Origin: Mycoplasmatota bacterium
GTDB lineage: Bacteria > Bacillota_I > Bacilli_A > RF39 > UBA660
Assembly: GCA_012727915.1 (NCBI GenBank)
Contig: JAAYGD010000002.1
Location: 1 to 39,783, forward strand
DNA: 39,783 nt
Reading direction: 5' to 3'
Shown: positions 17,686 to 26,680 of the stretch, in pieces
Layout: each line of letters begins with the position of its first letter
Position numbering within the stretch: position 1 is the stretch's first letter
Notes under the pieces: generated by a model
What the model was told of the DNA's origin: nothing
The model's input: the letters and a program-made list of their open reading frames with translations, nothing else
The model's database searches: none
Made by a program: the position numbers and the translations under genes

Positions 17686-19008
17686 TTATTTATCTATTTT
17701 TATTATTATTTGATATAATCTTTCAAAATCAAACTCTTCATAATCAATCTTTACTCCACTATTTTGAATACTTTCAATTATTTTTTTAATCATATTTTTT
17801 GAATTTGATATATCCCCTCTATCTTCTTTCGGTTTAACTTCATCATTAATAATGAATCTATTTTGAGATATAGGTTCTTCTTGAAAATTATTTTGAACTT
17901 TATCTGATTCTAATAACTTATCAATATCAAATCCTGAAGAAGTATTTAATGATTGATTTTCATTATTATTAATATTTATAGGTTCAGCATAATTGGATTG
18001 TGGTGTTAAATAACTATCTTTTATATCTTTTCTTGGAATTACATATGGACTAGGATTAACTAAAGTAGCTTCTTTAAATATATTTAAATTTGTATCATTT
18101 TCAATATTACTTAATCTATTTATTATTTCCATTTGTGGATTTTCTTCATAATTATTATGTGGTTCAGCCTTTTTTTCTTCAATCTCTTCTTTAACTTCTT
18201 CATAAACGAATGGTTTTGGAGCATTTATAATTGGTTTAGTTTCTTCAACTTCATTTTCAATATTTTCTAAATTGAAGTTCATTATGTTGTTTGGTCTTTG
18301 ATTTTCAATAACTTCTTCTTCTATTTTTTTAGGTTGAACCGGAACATCTTCAATTATTTCAGATTCTTTATTATGCATTATTTCTTCCACAACTTCTTCA
18401 ACACCGTATCTTTCTTTAATAATATCATCTGTAGCTTTTACTGTTAATTTATTATTTATTATTTCATTTAACATTTTTTGTTGTTCATTATTGTCCTTAA
18501 TAGATAATAAACTTCTTGCATGTCTTTCAGATATTTCTTCCTTTACTAGAGCTTCTTGTACTTTTTCGTCCAAAGATAAAAGTCTAAGTTTATTTGCAAT
18601 ATATGATTGACTTTTTCCCAAACTAATTCCCAATTGCTCTTGAGTAATGCCTCTTTGTAATAATTTTTTATAGGATTTTGCCTCTTCTAATGCTGACATG
18701 TTTTTCCTATGAAGATTCTCTACTATTGCAACCTCTGCACTTTTGTTATCATCTAAATCAACAACAATAGCAGGAACTTTGCTTAACCCAATTATTTGAG
18801 ATGCTTTATATCTTCTTTCTCCCGCAATTATTTCGTATTTTTCTCCCAGTTTTCTTACTACTAAAGGTTGTATTATTCCATGTTGTTTTATAGAATCCGC
18901 TAATTCCATTAAAGATTTTTGATCAAAATTTAATCTAGGTTGAAATCTATTTGGAATTATTTCATCTAAAAATATTTCTTTTATTTCTTTTTCTAATTCT
19001 TCGTTCAT
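17686..19008 (-). CDS. noc: ParB-family CTPase of the Noc (nucleoid occlusion) subtype with large low-complexity insertion
   Basis: IIPNRFQPR, HGIIQP, GERR, HTH GKSQSYIANKLRLL...ISERHAR (Noc-type), Noc-like C-terminus SGVK...EE.DFE..YQI.IKI.K; directly after rsmG. Confidence 0.8.
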   Translation of the reverse strand: MNEELEKEIKEIFLDEIIPNRFQPRLNFDQKSLMELADSIKQHGIIQPLVVRKLGEKYEIIAGERRYKASQIIGLSKVPAIVVDLDDNKSAEVAIVENLHRKNMSALEEAKSYKKLLQRGITQEQLGISLGKSQSYIANKLRLLSLDEKVQEALVKEEISERHARSLLSIKDNNEQQKMLNEIINNKLTVKATDDIIKERYGVEEVVEEIMHNKESEIIEDVPVQPKKIEEEVIENQRPNNIMNFNLENIENEVEETKPIINAPKPFVYEEVKEEIEEKKAEPHNNYEENPQMEIINRLSNIENDTNLNIFKEATLVNPSPYVIPRKDIKDSYLTPQSNYAEPININNNENQSLNTSSGFDIDKLLESDKVQNNFQEEPISQNRFIINDEVKPKEDRGDISNSKNMIKKIIESIQNSGVKIDYEEFDFERLYQIIIKIDK

Positions 19009-19076
19009 ATTAATTACACCCTCTTATTCTTATATCTAATATAATACTAAATAATACTAAAAAAAACAATGTTTTT

Positions 19077-19778
19077 CTATTTTAAAGGATTATCAACAAT
19101 GTTTTTATAACTTCTAGGATATTTTTCATCACATTTCTTATATTTATTTATTTTTATTAATGATCTTTTACTATTTTCAATTGGTAAATAAAATTCATAA
19201 ATTTTTTCAATTTTACTATTTAGTAACTTTAAATATTCAATATTTTCAATTTCAGAATTAATTTCTCCTTTCATAGGAATAAAATAACCTCCTATTTTTG
19301 TCATAGGAATACAAATTTCAGATATAGTATTTAATTTTGATAAAGCTCTACAAGTTACTAAATCATATTTATTTTTGTTGTTTTTTGAATATTCTTCTGC
19401 TCTTATGTTTATAATTTCTATATTAATTTTTAATTTTTTAACTAATTCTTTTAAAAAAACTGTTTTTTTATTAATAGATTCAATTAAAGTTACTTCTATG
19501 TTGGGAAATAATATTTTTATTACTACTCCTGGAAATCCAGCACCTGTTCCTACATCACATAAAGTATTTACTTTTTTTAAATCAATTGCTTTATATAAAG
19601 TTAAACTATCAAAAAAATGTTTTAAATAAATATCTTTTTTATTAATTATAGAAGTAAGATTAACTTTTTTATTATATTCAATCAAAAAATCACTATAATA
19701 CCTTAGTTTTTTTAACTGTTCTTCGTTAATTTCTATATTTAATTCTTTTAAATACTCTATAAATTCTATTTCATTCAT
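19077..19778 (-). CDS. rsmG: 16S rRNA m7G527 methyltransferase
   Basis: NLTSI, KHF.DS, DVGTGAGFPG, RAE, YPR. Confidence 0.96.
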   Translation of the reverse strand: MNEIEFIEYLKELNIEINEEQLKKLRYYSDFLIEYNKKVNLTSIINKKDIYLKHFFDSLTLYKAIDLKKVNTLCDVGTGAGFPGVVIKILFPNIEVTLIESINKKTVFLKELVKKLKINIEIINIRAEEYSKNNKNKYDLVTCRALSKLNTISEICIPMTKIGGYFIPMKGEINSEIENIEYLKLLNSKIEKIYEFYLPIENSKRSLIKINKYKKCDEKYPRSYKNIVDNPLK

Positions 19779-21585
19779 TTTTAAAATACCTTTTCATATA
19801 TACCAATAAAACAGATATATCAGATAAATTTACTCCACTTATTCTACTAGCTTGACCAATTGATTTAGGTCTTATTTTAATTAATTTTTGTCTTGCTTCT
19901 GTTGCTAAATTTTTTATTTGATTATAATCAATATTTTCAGGTATTGATTTATATTCAAGTTTTAACATATTTTCAGCGTTTTTTGATGTTTTTTTAATAT
20001 ATCCCTCATATTTAATTATGATTTCAACTTGTTCTAACTCTTCATCAGTATATTTTTTTTCTAATAAATCTTTAATAGAATTAATATTTGATTCGGTATG
20101 TTTCAAATATTCATATATTGTTTCTTTAGAATTTGCTTTAATTTTTTTACATTTATCAAATAATTCATTTATATTTTCTTTCTTTTTTTCAAATTTTTGA
20201 TGTTTTTGTTTTTCTATAAGACCTATTTTATATCCATAATCCATTAATCTTAAATCAGCGTTATCATGTCTTAATAAAAGTCTGTATTCAGCTCTTGACG
20301 TTAATAATCTATATGGTTCGCTTGTCCCTTTTGTTATCAAATCATCAATTAATACTCCAATATATGCTTCATTTCTAGTCAATACAAATGGTTCTTTGTT
20401 TTCTAATTTAAAAACAGCATTTATACCTGCCATTAAACCTTGACAAGCTGCTTCTTCATAACCACTAGTTCCATTAATCTGACCAGCAGTAAATAAATTA
20501 TTAATTATTTTAGTTTCAAGAGTATTTTTTAATTGTGTAGGATTTATTGCATCATATTCAATAGCATATGCATATTTTTTTATTATTGCATTTTCCAATC
20601 CTGGTAAGCTATGCACTAATTTATCTTGAACTTCTCTTGGCATACTAGTAGAAAAACCTTGTAAATATATATCGTCATAATATAAGCTTTCTGGTTCTAA
20701 AAATATTTGATGAGTATCTTTATCTTCAAATTTTACTATTTTATCTTCAAAAGAAGGACAATATCTAGGCCCAACACCTAATTTTTCTTCAATTGCTCCA
20801 TATATACTTGATTTATTTAAATTATCTAATATTATTTGTTTTGTTTCTTTTGTAGAATGTACTAAATGACAAGGTACTTGGTTTTTAACATCATAATATA
20901 CCTTATTATCAAAACTAAATGTATATTCTTCTTCAGATCCTTGTTCAATTTTTGTTTTTGAAAAATCAATTGAAGATTTTTCAATTCTTTGAGGAGTGCC
21001 AGTTTTAAGTCTAATTATTTCAAAACCATATTTTTTTAAATTATCACTTAAATATAAAGAAGGTTTTTGTTCCATAGGACCCATTCTTGTTCTAATATTT
21101 CCAACTAAAATATCACTTTTTAAATATGTTCCTGTTGTTAATATTACAACTCTTGAATATATTTTTTCTCCATTTTCTAAAATTATACCTTTAACTTCTC
21201 TGTTTTCTATTATTAAATTTTCGACCATATTTTCTAATAAATCTAAATTATGTTGATTCTTTAAAGTATTTAGCATTTCTTTTGGATATGTTACTTTATC
21301 TGCTTGGCATCTTAAACTTCTTACAGCAGGACCTTTTCCTGTATTTAACATTTTCATTTGGATAAGTGTTTTATCAGCACACTTGCCCATTTCTCCACCT
21401 AGAGCATCAATTTCCCTTACTACAATTCCCTTTGCACTTCCTCCAATTGAAGGATTACAAGGCATTTGAGCAACAATATCAAAGTTTCCAGTTACTAACA
21501 ATGTTTTATGACACAAACGTGAAGTAGCTAAAGCTGCTTCACATCCAGCATGTCCTCCACCAACTACAATAACTTCATAATTCAT
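19771..21585 (-). CDS. mnmG: tRNA uridine 5-carboxymethylaminomethyl modification enzyme
   Basis: GGGHAGCEAA, CNPSIGG.AKG, RLKTGTP, GPRYCPS.EDK, AGQINGTSGYEEAA.QG. Confidence 0.98.
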   Translation of the reverse strand: MNYEVIVVGGGHAGCEAALATSRLCHKTLLVTGNFDIVAQMPCNPSIGGSAKGIVVREIDALGGEMGKCADKTLIQMKMLNTGKGPAVRSLRCQADKVTYPKEMLNTLKNQHNLDLLENMVENLIIENREVKGIILENGEKIYSRVVILTTGTYLKSDILVGNIRTRMGPMEQKPSLYLSDNLKKYGFEIIRLKTGTPQRIEKSSIDFSKTKIEQGSEEEYTFSFDNKVYYDVKNQVPCHLVHSTKETKQIILDNLNKSSIYGAIEEKLGVGPRYCPSFEDKIVKFEDKDTHQIFLEPESLYYDDIYLQGFSTSMPREVQDKLVHSLPGLENAIIKKYAYAIEYDAINPTQLKNTLETKIINNLFTAGQINGTSGYEEAACQGLMAGINAVFKLENKEPFVLTRNEAYIGVLIDDLITKGTSEPYRLLTSRAEYRLLLRHDNADLRLMDYGYKIGLIEKQKHQKFEKKKENINELFDKCKKIKANSKETIYEYLKHTESNINSIKDLLEKKYTDEELEQVEIIIKYEGYIKKTSKNAENMLKLEYKSIPENIDYNQIKNLATEARQKLIKIRPKSIGQASRISGVNLSDISVLLVYMKRYFKNE

Positions 21586-21643
21586 AATATCACCCAATTC
21601 GAAAACAAATTATACTTTATATATTATATAAAATCAATATAAA

Positions 21644-22762
21644 TTAAAAAGTTTTTATTGGTACAATTAATTGAATTAAATTATCTTCTTCAGTTGATTT
21701 TAATATTATTGGTTTAATTTCTCCACTTAATAATATTGAAGTATATTCACTTTTTATAGTTCTTAATGCTTCCATCATATATTTAGATGAATAAGAAATA
21801 TTAAGTAATACATTATTATCCTTTTCTACAATAATTCTTTCTTCAATTTTACCTATTTCTTGAGAAGTAGAACTAATTACTACTTCTTTGTCTTTTATTT
21901 CCATATTAATAACATTTTTATCTTTTTCAGATGTTAATAATGATGCTCTATCAATTGCGTTATATAAATCCTCAGTATTTACTTTTATCTTTAATGTAGG
22001 TTCAATTATTATTAATTTTGAAGTATCAGGATAATTTCCATTTAATAATCTTGATTGAAATATTATATTATCAAATTTAAATAACACATTATTAGAAAAA
22101 ATATGCATTTCAATTTTTTCGTTTTCTTCATTTATTATTTTTGATAATTCAATTAAATTTCTTCCTGGTATTACTAAATTAACTTCTTCTTCTATTTTTT
22201 CTTCAATATTAATTATTTTTTTTGATAATCTATATGAATCTGTTGCTACACATTCTATTATTCTATCTTTAATTTTAAAATTAATTCCTGTTAATATAGG
22301 TCTAGATTCTTGATTAGAAATTGCAAAAGAAGTTTGATTAATAATGTTTTTTATTACATTTTTATCTATTTTTATTAGATTTTTTGATAATTCTAATGAT
22401 TTATCAGGAAATTCATCGGGATTCATACCATTTAAATTATATTCACCATTTATCGTACTAATTGTAAGATTTAATCCATCAGTAATTATTTCAATTAAAT
22501 CACTTGGTATTTTTCTTATTAATTCAATAAAATATCTTCCTATAATTACTATACTTCCTTTATTATTAATTTTTTCTATATCTTTTTTCTCAATAAAGGA
22601 TCTTATTGTTATTTCATTATCACTACATGTTAAATATAAACCTTCTTCTGATAAGTCTAATTTAACTCCTCCTAATATAGGTATTATATTTTTATTAGAA
22701 ATAGCTTTTGATACATTGTTTAAATTTTCTAAAAGTAATTCTTTTTTTATTATAAAATTCAT
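21644..22762 (-). CDS. dnaN: DNA polymerase III beta clamp
   Basis: PILGG, QESRPILTG, VATDSYRLS, SRLL.G.YPD, QLIVP. Confidence 0.97.
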   Translation of the reverse strand: MNFIIKKELLLENLNNVSKAISNKNIIPILGGVKLDLSEEGLYLTCSDNEITIRSFIEKKDIEKINNKGSIVIIGRYFIELIRKIPSDLIEIITDGLNLTISTINGEYNLNGMNPDEFPDKSLELSKNLIKIDKNVIKNIINQTSFAISNQESRPILTGINFKIKDRIIECVATDSYRLSKKIINIEEKIEEEVNLVIPGRNLIELSKIINEENEKIEMHIFSNNVLFKFDNIIFQSRLLNGNYPDTSKLIIIEPTLKIKVNTEDLYNAIDRASLLTSEKDKNVINMEIKDKEVVISSTSQEIGKIEERIIVEKDNNVLLNISYSSKYMMEALRTIKSEYTSILLSGEIKPIILKSTEEDNLIQLIVPIKTF

Positions 22763-22865
22763 TATTAATATTCCTTTCTTATTTTTATATTTATTATTAT
22801 AGTTAATATTGTTGATAACTTAATTATACCTTATTTTTCATTACCTTTTTTAATATTTGTTAACA
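22763..22865. promoter_or_regulatory. dnaA-dnaN intergenic part of oriC (candidate unwinding region)
   Basis: One-mismatch DnaA box (TTATCAACA on minus strand, 22810-22818) followed toward dnaN by an almost pure A/T tract; same position as Bacillus incC. Confidence 0.55.
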
Positions 22866-24215
22866 TTATTTAAGTTTCTTTTTCAACAAGTCTATAGAAT
22901 TTTTAAAATCTTTATCTTTTTTTATTTCTTCTTCTATTTTATTGCATGAATGTATAACTGTTGTATGATCCCTACCTCCAAATTCTATACCAATTCTTGG
23001 AAAACTTTCTTCAGTTAAATTTCTAGATAAAAACATTGCTACTTGTCTGGGAAGTACAAAATTTTTATTTCTTTTCTTTGAATTCATATCTTCTAAAGTT
23101 ATTTGATAATAATCACAAACTATTTTTTGAATTTTTTGTATATTATTTTTCATATAAGAATTGGAATTCAAAAAGTCACTTAAAGCTTCTTTAGCAACAT
23201 CTAATTCAATTTTTTCTTTATTAAACATTACTGTGTACGCAAATAATCTATTTAAAGCTCCTTCTAATTTTCTTACATCAGATGTGCAATTATTTGCAAT
23301 AAATATTAAGACATCTTCAGAAATAGGTTTTGCAACTTCATGAGCACTAATTTTTTTCTTTAATATTTCTATTCTTAACTCATAATCAGGAGGAAAAATA
23401 TTTACTGCTAATCCCCAATTAAATCTTGTTCTCAATCTTTCTTCTAATAGTTTTAAATCATCGGGAGATCTATCAGAAGATATTATTATTTGTTTTCCTT
23501 CTTGATGTAATTCATTAAAAGTATGAAAAAATTCTGTTTGACTTTCTGTTGCTCCCGCTAAAAATTGTATATCATCTATAATGAGAACATCAATATTTCT
23601 ATATTTATTTTTAAATGAGTCAACATTATCCATATTATTTTCATCATGTTTTCTTTTATTTATAGCAATAAAATCAGATTTAAATTTGTCACTTGTTATA
23701 TATAATACTTTTTTATTAGTTTCACTAACTATATAATTTCCAATGGCATGCATTAAATGTGTTTTTCCTAAACCACTACTACCATATAAAAACAATGGAT
23801 TATATGCTTTACCAGGTCTTTCCGCAACAGCAAAAGCAGCGGTAAAAGCCATTCTATTTGTTTCTCCAATAACAAAAGTATCAAATGTGTAGTTAGAATT
23901 TAAATTAGCTTGAATTGGATTATTGAATGGAACACCTTCTTCAATTTTATCAATTTTTTTATCATTTATTTCTTCTTCCAACAAAAACTCAAAATCAAAA
24001 TTAGTACCAGTCAATTTATTCATATTTTCTTTAATAATATCATAATATGTTTCTGATAAGTTTTTTTTATGAAGATTCATTGGAACTATAATATACATTT
24101 TTTTATTTTCAACTTTATGAAGTCTTGTTTCACTGAACCATGCATCAAATGCAATAGGAACTAATTTTTCTTTAATTAAATTCAAAAAATTTATCCACAG
24201 ATCTTTTTCATCCAT
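22866..24215 (-). CDS. dnaA: Chromosomal replication initiator
   Basis: YNPLFLYG.SGLGKTHL, IDDIQF, EFFHTFN, R.LEGAL, PRQVAM.L, FGGRDHTTV.H. Confidence 0.98.
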   Translation of the reverse strand: MDEKDLWINFLNLIKEKLVPIAFDAWFSETRLHKVENKKMYIIVPMNLHKKNLSETYYDIIKENMNKLTGTNFDFEFLLEEEINDKKIDKIEEGVPFNNPIQANLNSNYTFDTFVIGETNRMAFTAAFAVAERPGKAYNPLFLYGSSGLGKTHLMHAIGNYIVSETNKKVLYITSDKFKSDFIAINKRKHDENNMDNVDSFKNKYRNIDVLIIDDIQFLAGATESQTEFFHTFNELHQEGKQIIISSDRSPDDLKLLEERLRTRFNWGLAVNIFPPDYELRIEILKKKISAHEVAKPISEDVLIFIANNCTSDVRKLEGALNRLFAYTVMFNKEKIELDVAKEALSDFLNSNSYMKNNIQKIQKIVCDYYQITLEDMNSKKRNKNFVLPRQVAMFLSRNLTEESFPRIGIEFGGRDHTTVIHSCNKIEEEIKKDKDFKNSIDLLKKKLK

Positions 24216-24436
24216 AATTACTTCTCCTTGATTTTATTTCTTTATTACATTACTATTGTAAATCATTTTGCCTAAAAATTAAACAAAAAAAGTTAATTAA
24301 CAATATATAAACATATTTATCCACAAGATATTTAGGTATATTTAAATACTATATGAGTAGTTATCCACAAATTTCAATAATAATCTTATCAACATACAAA
24401 ATAAATAATTCAATTAAGTTGTTAATATGTTGATAA
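24191..24436. promoter_or_regulatory. oriC DnaA-box cluster / dnaA-rpmH divergent promoter region
   Basis: Perfect TTATCCACA at 24191 (inside dnaA), 24317 and 24361; TTATCAACA at 24386 and inverted at 24428; gene orientation flips here. Confidence 0.88.
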
Positions 24437-24503
24437 CATTTTAATTGACTTTTAATGGTAATACCATTATAATTATAGTGATTTAAGGACAGGAGGAATT
24501 ACA

Positions 24504-24632
24504 ATGAAAAGAACATATCAACCAAACAAATTAAAAGCAAAAAAGACTCATGGTTTTTTAGCAAGAAAAAAAGCAGATACTGGAGTGGTTGCTTCAAGAA
24601 GAAAAAAACAAAGAAAGAAATTGACAAAATAA
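24504..24632 (+). CDS. rpmH: 50S ribosomal protein L34
   Basis: Hand translation [51 protein letters not shown]; divergent from dnaA, before rnpA. Not in the ORF track. Confidence 0.95.
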   Translation: MKRTYQPNKLKAKKTHGFLARKKADTGVVASRRKKQRKKLTK

Positions 24633-24675
24633 AACACCTCAATGTGTTTTTTTGTTATGAAGTAAGGTAAATACA

Positions 24676-24996
24676 ATGAAAAAAATTAATATTGTAAAAT
24701 CTAATAAAGACTTCGATAACATAATAAAAAATGGATTATTTATTAATAATAAATACTTCAATGTATATTATATAAACAATAATAATAATATATATAGAAT
24801 AGGTGTTTCTGTACCCAAAAAAATTGGAAAAGCTGTTATTAGAAACAAATTAAAAAGACAAGTAAAGAATATTTTAGATTATAATAAAGAAAAAATAAAA
24901 ACATACGATTATATTATTATGTTAAGAAAAAGTTCTCTTGATATAGAATATAAAGAAAAAGAGCAAGAATTGATAAAATTATTAAATAAGTTATAG
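24676..24996 (+). CDS. rnpA: Ribonuclease P protein component
   Basis: RIGVSVPKKIGKAVIRNKLKRQ (RNR motif). Confidence 0.95.
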   Translation: MKKINIVKSNKDFDNIIKNGLFINNKYFNVYYINNNNNIYRIGVSVPKKIGKAVIRNKLKRQVKNILDYNKEKIKTYDYIIMLRKSSLDIEYKEKEQELIKLLNKL

Positions 24997-25004
24997 GAGA
25001 AAAT

Positions 25005-26024
25005 ATGTACAAAAAAATAATTCTTATAATATTGATGCTATTTATATTTACTGGATGTTCAAAAACATTAGTAGATAAAGATAAAAAACCAATTAAATAT
25101 GAAGCAAGTTATATTTGTGATACTTGTGATTTTTCTTGTGAAAAAGAAGAAAATAAAGATGAGTGTTTGATTGATTGTATTGAAAAGTGTGAAATTGCAA
25201 AAGAAAATGAAACTGGTCAAACTTTAACAGAAAATATTCTTTGTAAACCAACTAATAAAGATGTTATGGAAATATATGAAAATAATAATGTTGATTTGTC
25301 TAAATTACAAGATTGTGACGAGTATAAAATTTCTTCTGGAGAATATGAAGGATTATGGGATACAATTTTTGTTAAACCATTAGCGTGGCTTATATTAAAA
25401 TTAGGTAATATTTTAAATAATTATGGAATATCTTTAGTAATAATAAGTATTTTAATAAGAATAGTATTATTACCTGTTACAAAAAGTACAGCTTTACAAT
25501 CAGAAAACATTAAAGTTGCACAACCTGAGATAAAAAAGATAGAAAAAAAATATGAAGGAAAAACAGATCAAGAATCTCTTATGAAAAAGAGTCAAGAAAC
25601 AATGGCAATATATAAAAAATATAAAATTAACCCAATGTCTAGTTGTTTGTTTGCAGTTATTCAAATTCCTCTATTATTCGCGTTTATTGAAGCAATAAAT
25701 AGAACTCCAGCCATATTTGAGGGTAGTTTATTAGGATTGAAATTAGGAATGACTCCATTGATTGCTATTCAAAAAGGTGCATGGTGGTACATAATAATAG
25801 TAATTTTACTTGGAGTAATAACATATTTATCATTTAAATTAAATAAAGGCGCCCCATCAAATTTAGATAATCAAAAACAAATGAATATAATGAATACTGT
25901 ATTTGTAGTAATGATAATATTTATGTCATTCTCAATGGCAAGCGCTATAAGCATTTATTGGATATCTTCAAATATATTTACAATACTGCAAAATATTGTT
26001 GTAAAAAGGAGGAGCGAAAAATGA
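25005..26024 (+). CDS. yidC: Membrane protein insertase YidC/SpoIIIJ (lipoprotein) with Cys-rich insert
   Basis: Lipobox FTGC, W..IFV.PL, YG..L....ILIR..LLP, QPEI..I..KY, YKKY.INP..C...IQ.P, YW..SN.F..LQ. Confidence 0.93.
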   Translation: MYKKIILIILMLFIFTGCSKTLVDKDKKPIKYEASYICDTCDFSCEKEENKDECLIDCIEKCEIAKENETGQTLTENILCKPTNKDVMEIYENNNVDLSKLQDCDEYKISSGEYEGLWDTIFVKPLAWLILKLGNILNNYGISLVIISILIRIVLLPVTKSTALQSENIKVAQPEIKKIEKKYEGKTDQESLMKKSQETMAIYKKYKINPMSSCLFAVIQIPLLFAFIEAINRTPAIFEGSLLGLKLGMTPLIAIQKGAWWYIIIVILLGVITYLSFKLNKGAPSNLDNQKQMNIMNTVFVVMIIFMSFSMASAISIYWISSNIFTILQNIVVKRRSEK

Positions 26025-26635
26025 TAAAAGTACATGAATATTTAGAAAAAAACATAGATGTTGCTAAAGAAAAAATGTTATATGAGCTTGAAACATCAGA
26101 AAAAGATATTTTAATTAAAGAAAGCGAAGAGACAACTGGAGGATTATTCAAATCAAAAAAATCAAAAATTGAAGTAATTTTAAAAGACGATATTATTGAA
26201 TATTCAAAGCAATTGATTATAGATATTGCAGAAAAGATGGGATTAGAAATAAAAATAGAGGCAAAAAAAAGAGATGACTTTATCAAATTAAATTTAATAT
26301 CTAATAATAATGCAATACTTATAGGTAAAAATGGAAAAACACTTGATTCTTTACAAACAATATTAAGAAGCTCTATTCAAAATCATACAGGGTTTAAGGT
26401 TAATATAATAATTGATATAGAGGATTATAGAGAAAAGCAACAGAGAAATATTGAAAGAAACATAAAAAATATAGCTTATGAAGTCAAAAATACAGGAGTA
26501 CCAGTCACATTAGATCCAATGAATTCATATGAAAGAAGAAATGTTCACAATATTTGTGGAAACATCCCCGGTATTACAACCGAATCAATTGGAGAAGAAC
26601 CGGAAAGATATATTGTTATAAAAAGAAAAGAATAG
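26021..26635 (+). CDS. jag: RNA-binding protein Jag/KhpB (KH + R3H)
   Basis: GGLF, LIGKNGKTLDSLQ, D.E.YR, L.PMNSYERR.VH, S.GEEP.R; ATG 26021 with AGGAGG RBS. Confidence 0.93.
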   Translation: MIKVHEYLEKNIDVAKEKMLYELETSEKDILIKESEETTGGLFKSKKSKIEVILKDDIIEYSKQLIIDIAEKMGLEIKIEAKKRDDFIKLNLISNNNAILIGKNGKTLDSLQTILRSSIQNHTGFKVNIIIDIEDYREKQQRNIERNIKNIAYEVKNTGVPVTLDPMNSYERRNVHNICGNIPGITTESIGEEPERYIVIKRKE

Positions 26636-26655
26636 AGATTAATCTCTATTTTTTT
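26631..26655 (+). terminator. Terminator after jag
   Basis: Palindrome AATAGAGATTAATCTCTATT including the stop, followed by a T-run; a TG-extended TATAAT follows immediately. Confidence 0.6.
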
Positions 26656-26680
26656 GTTATAATTATTTTGGGTGATTGTT

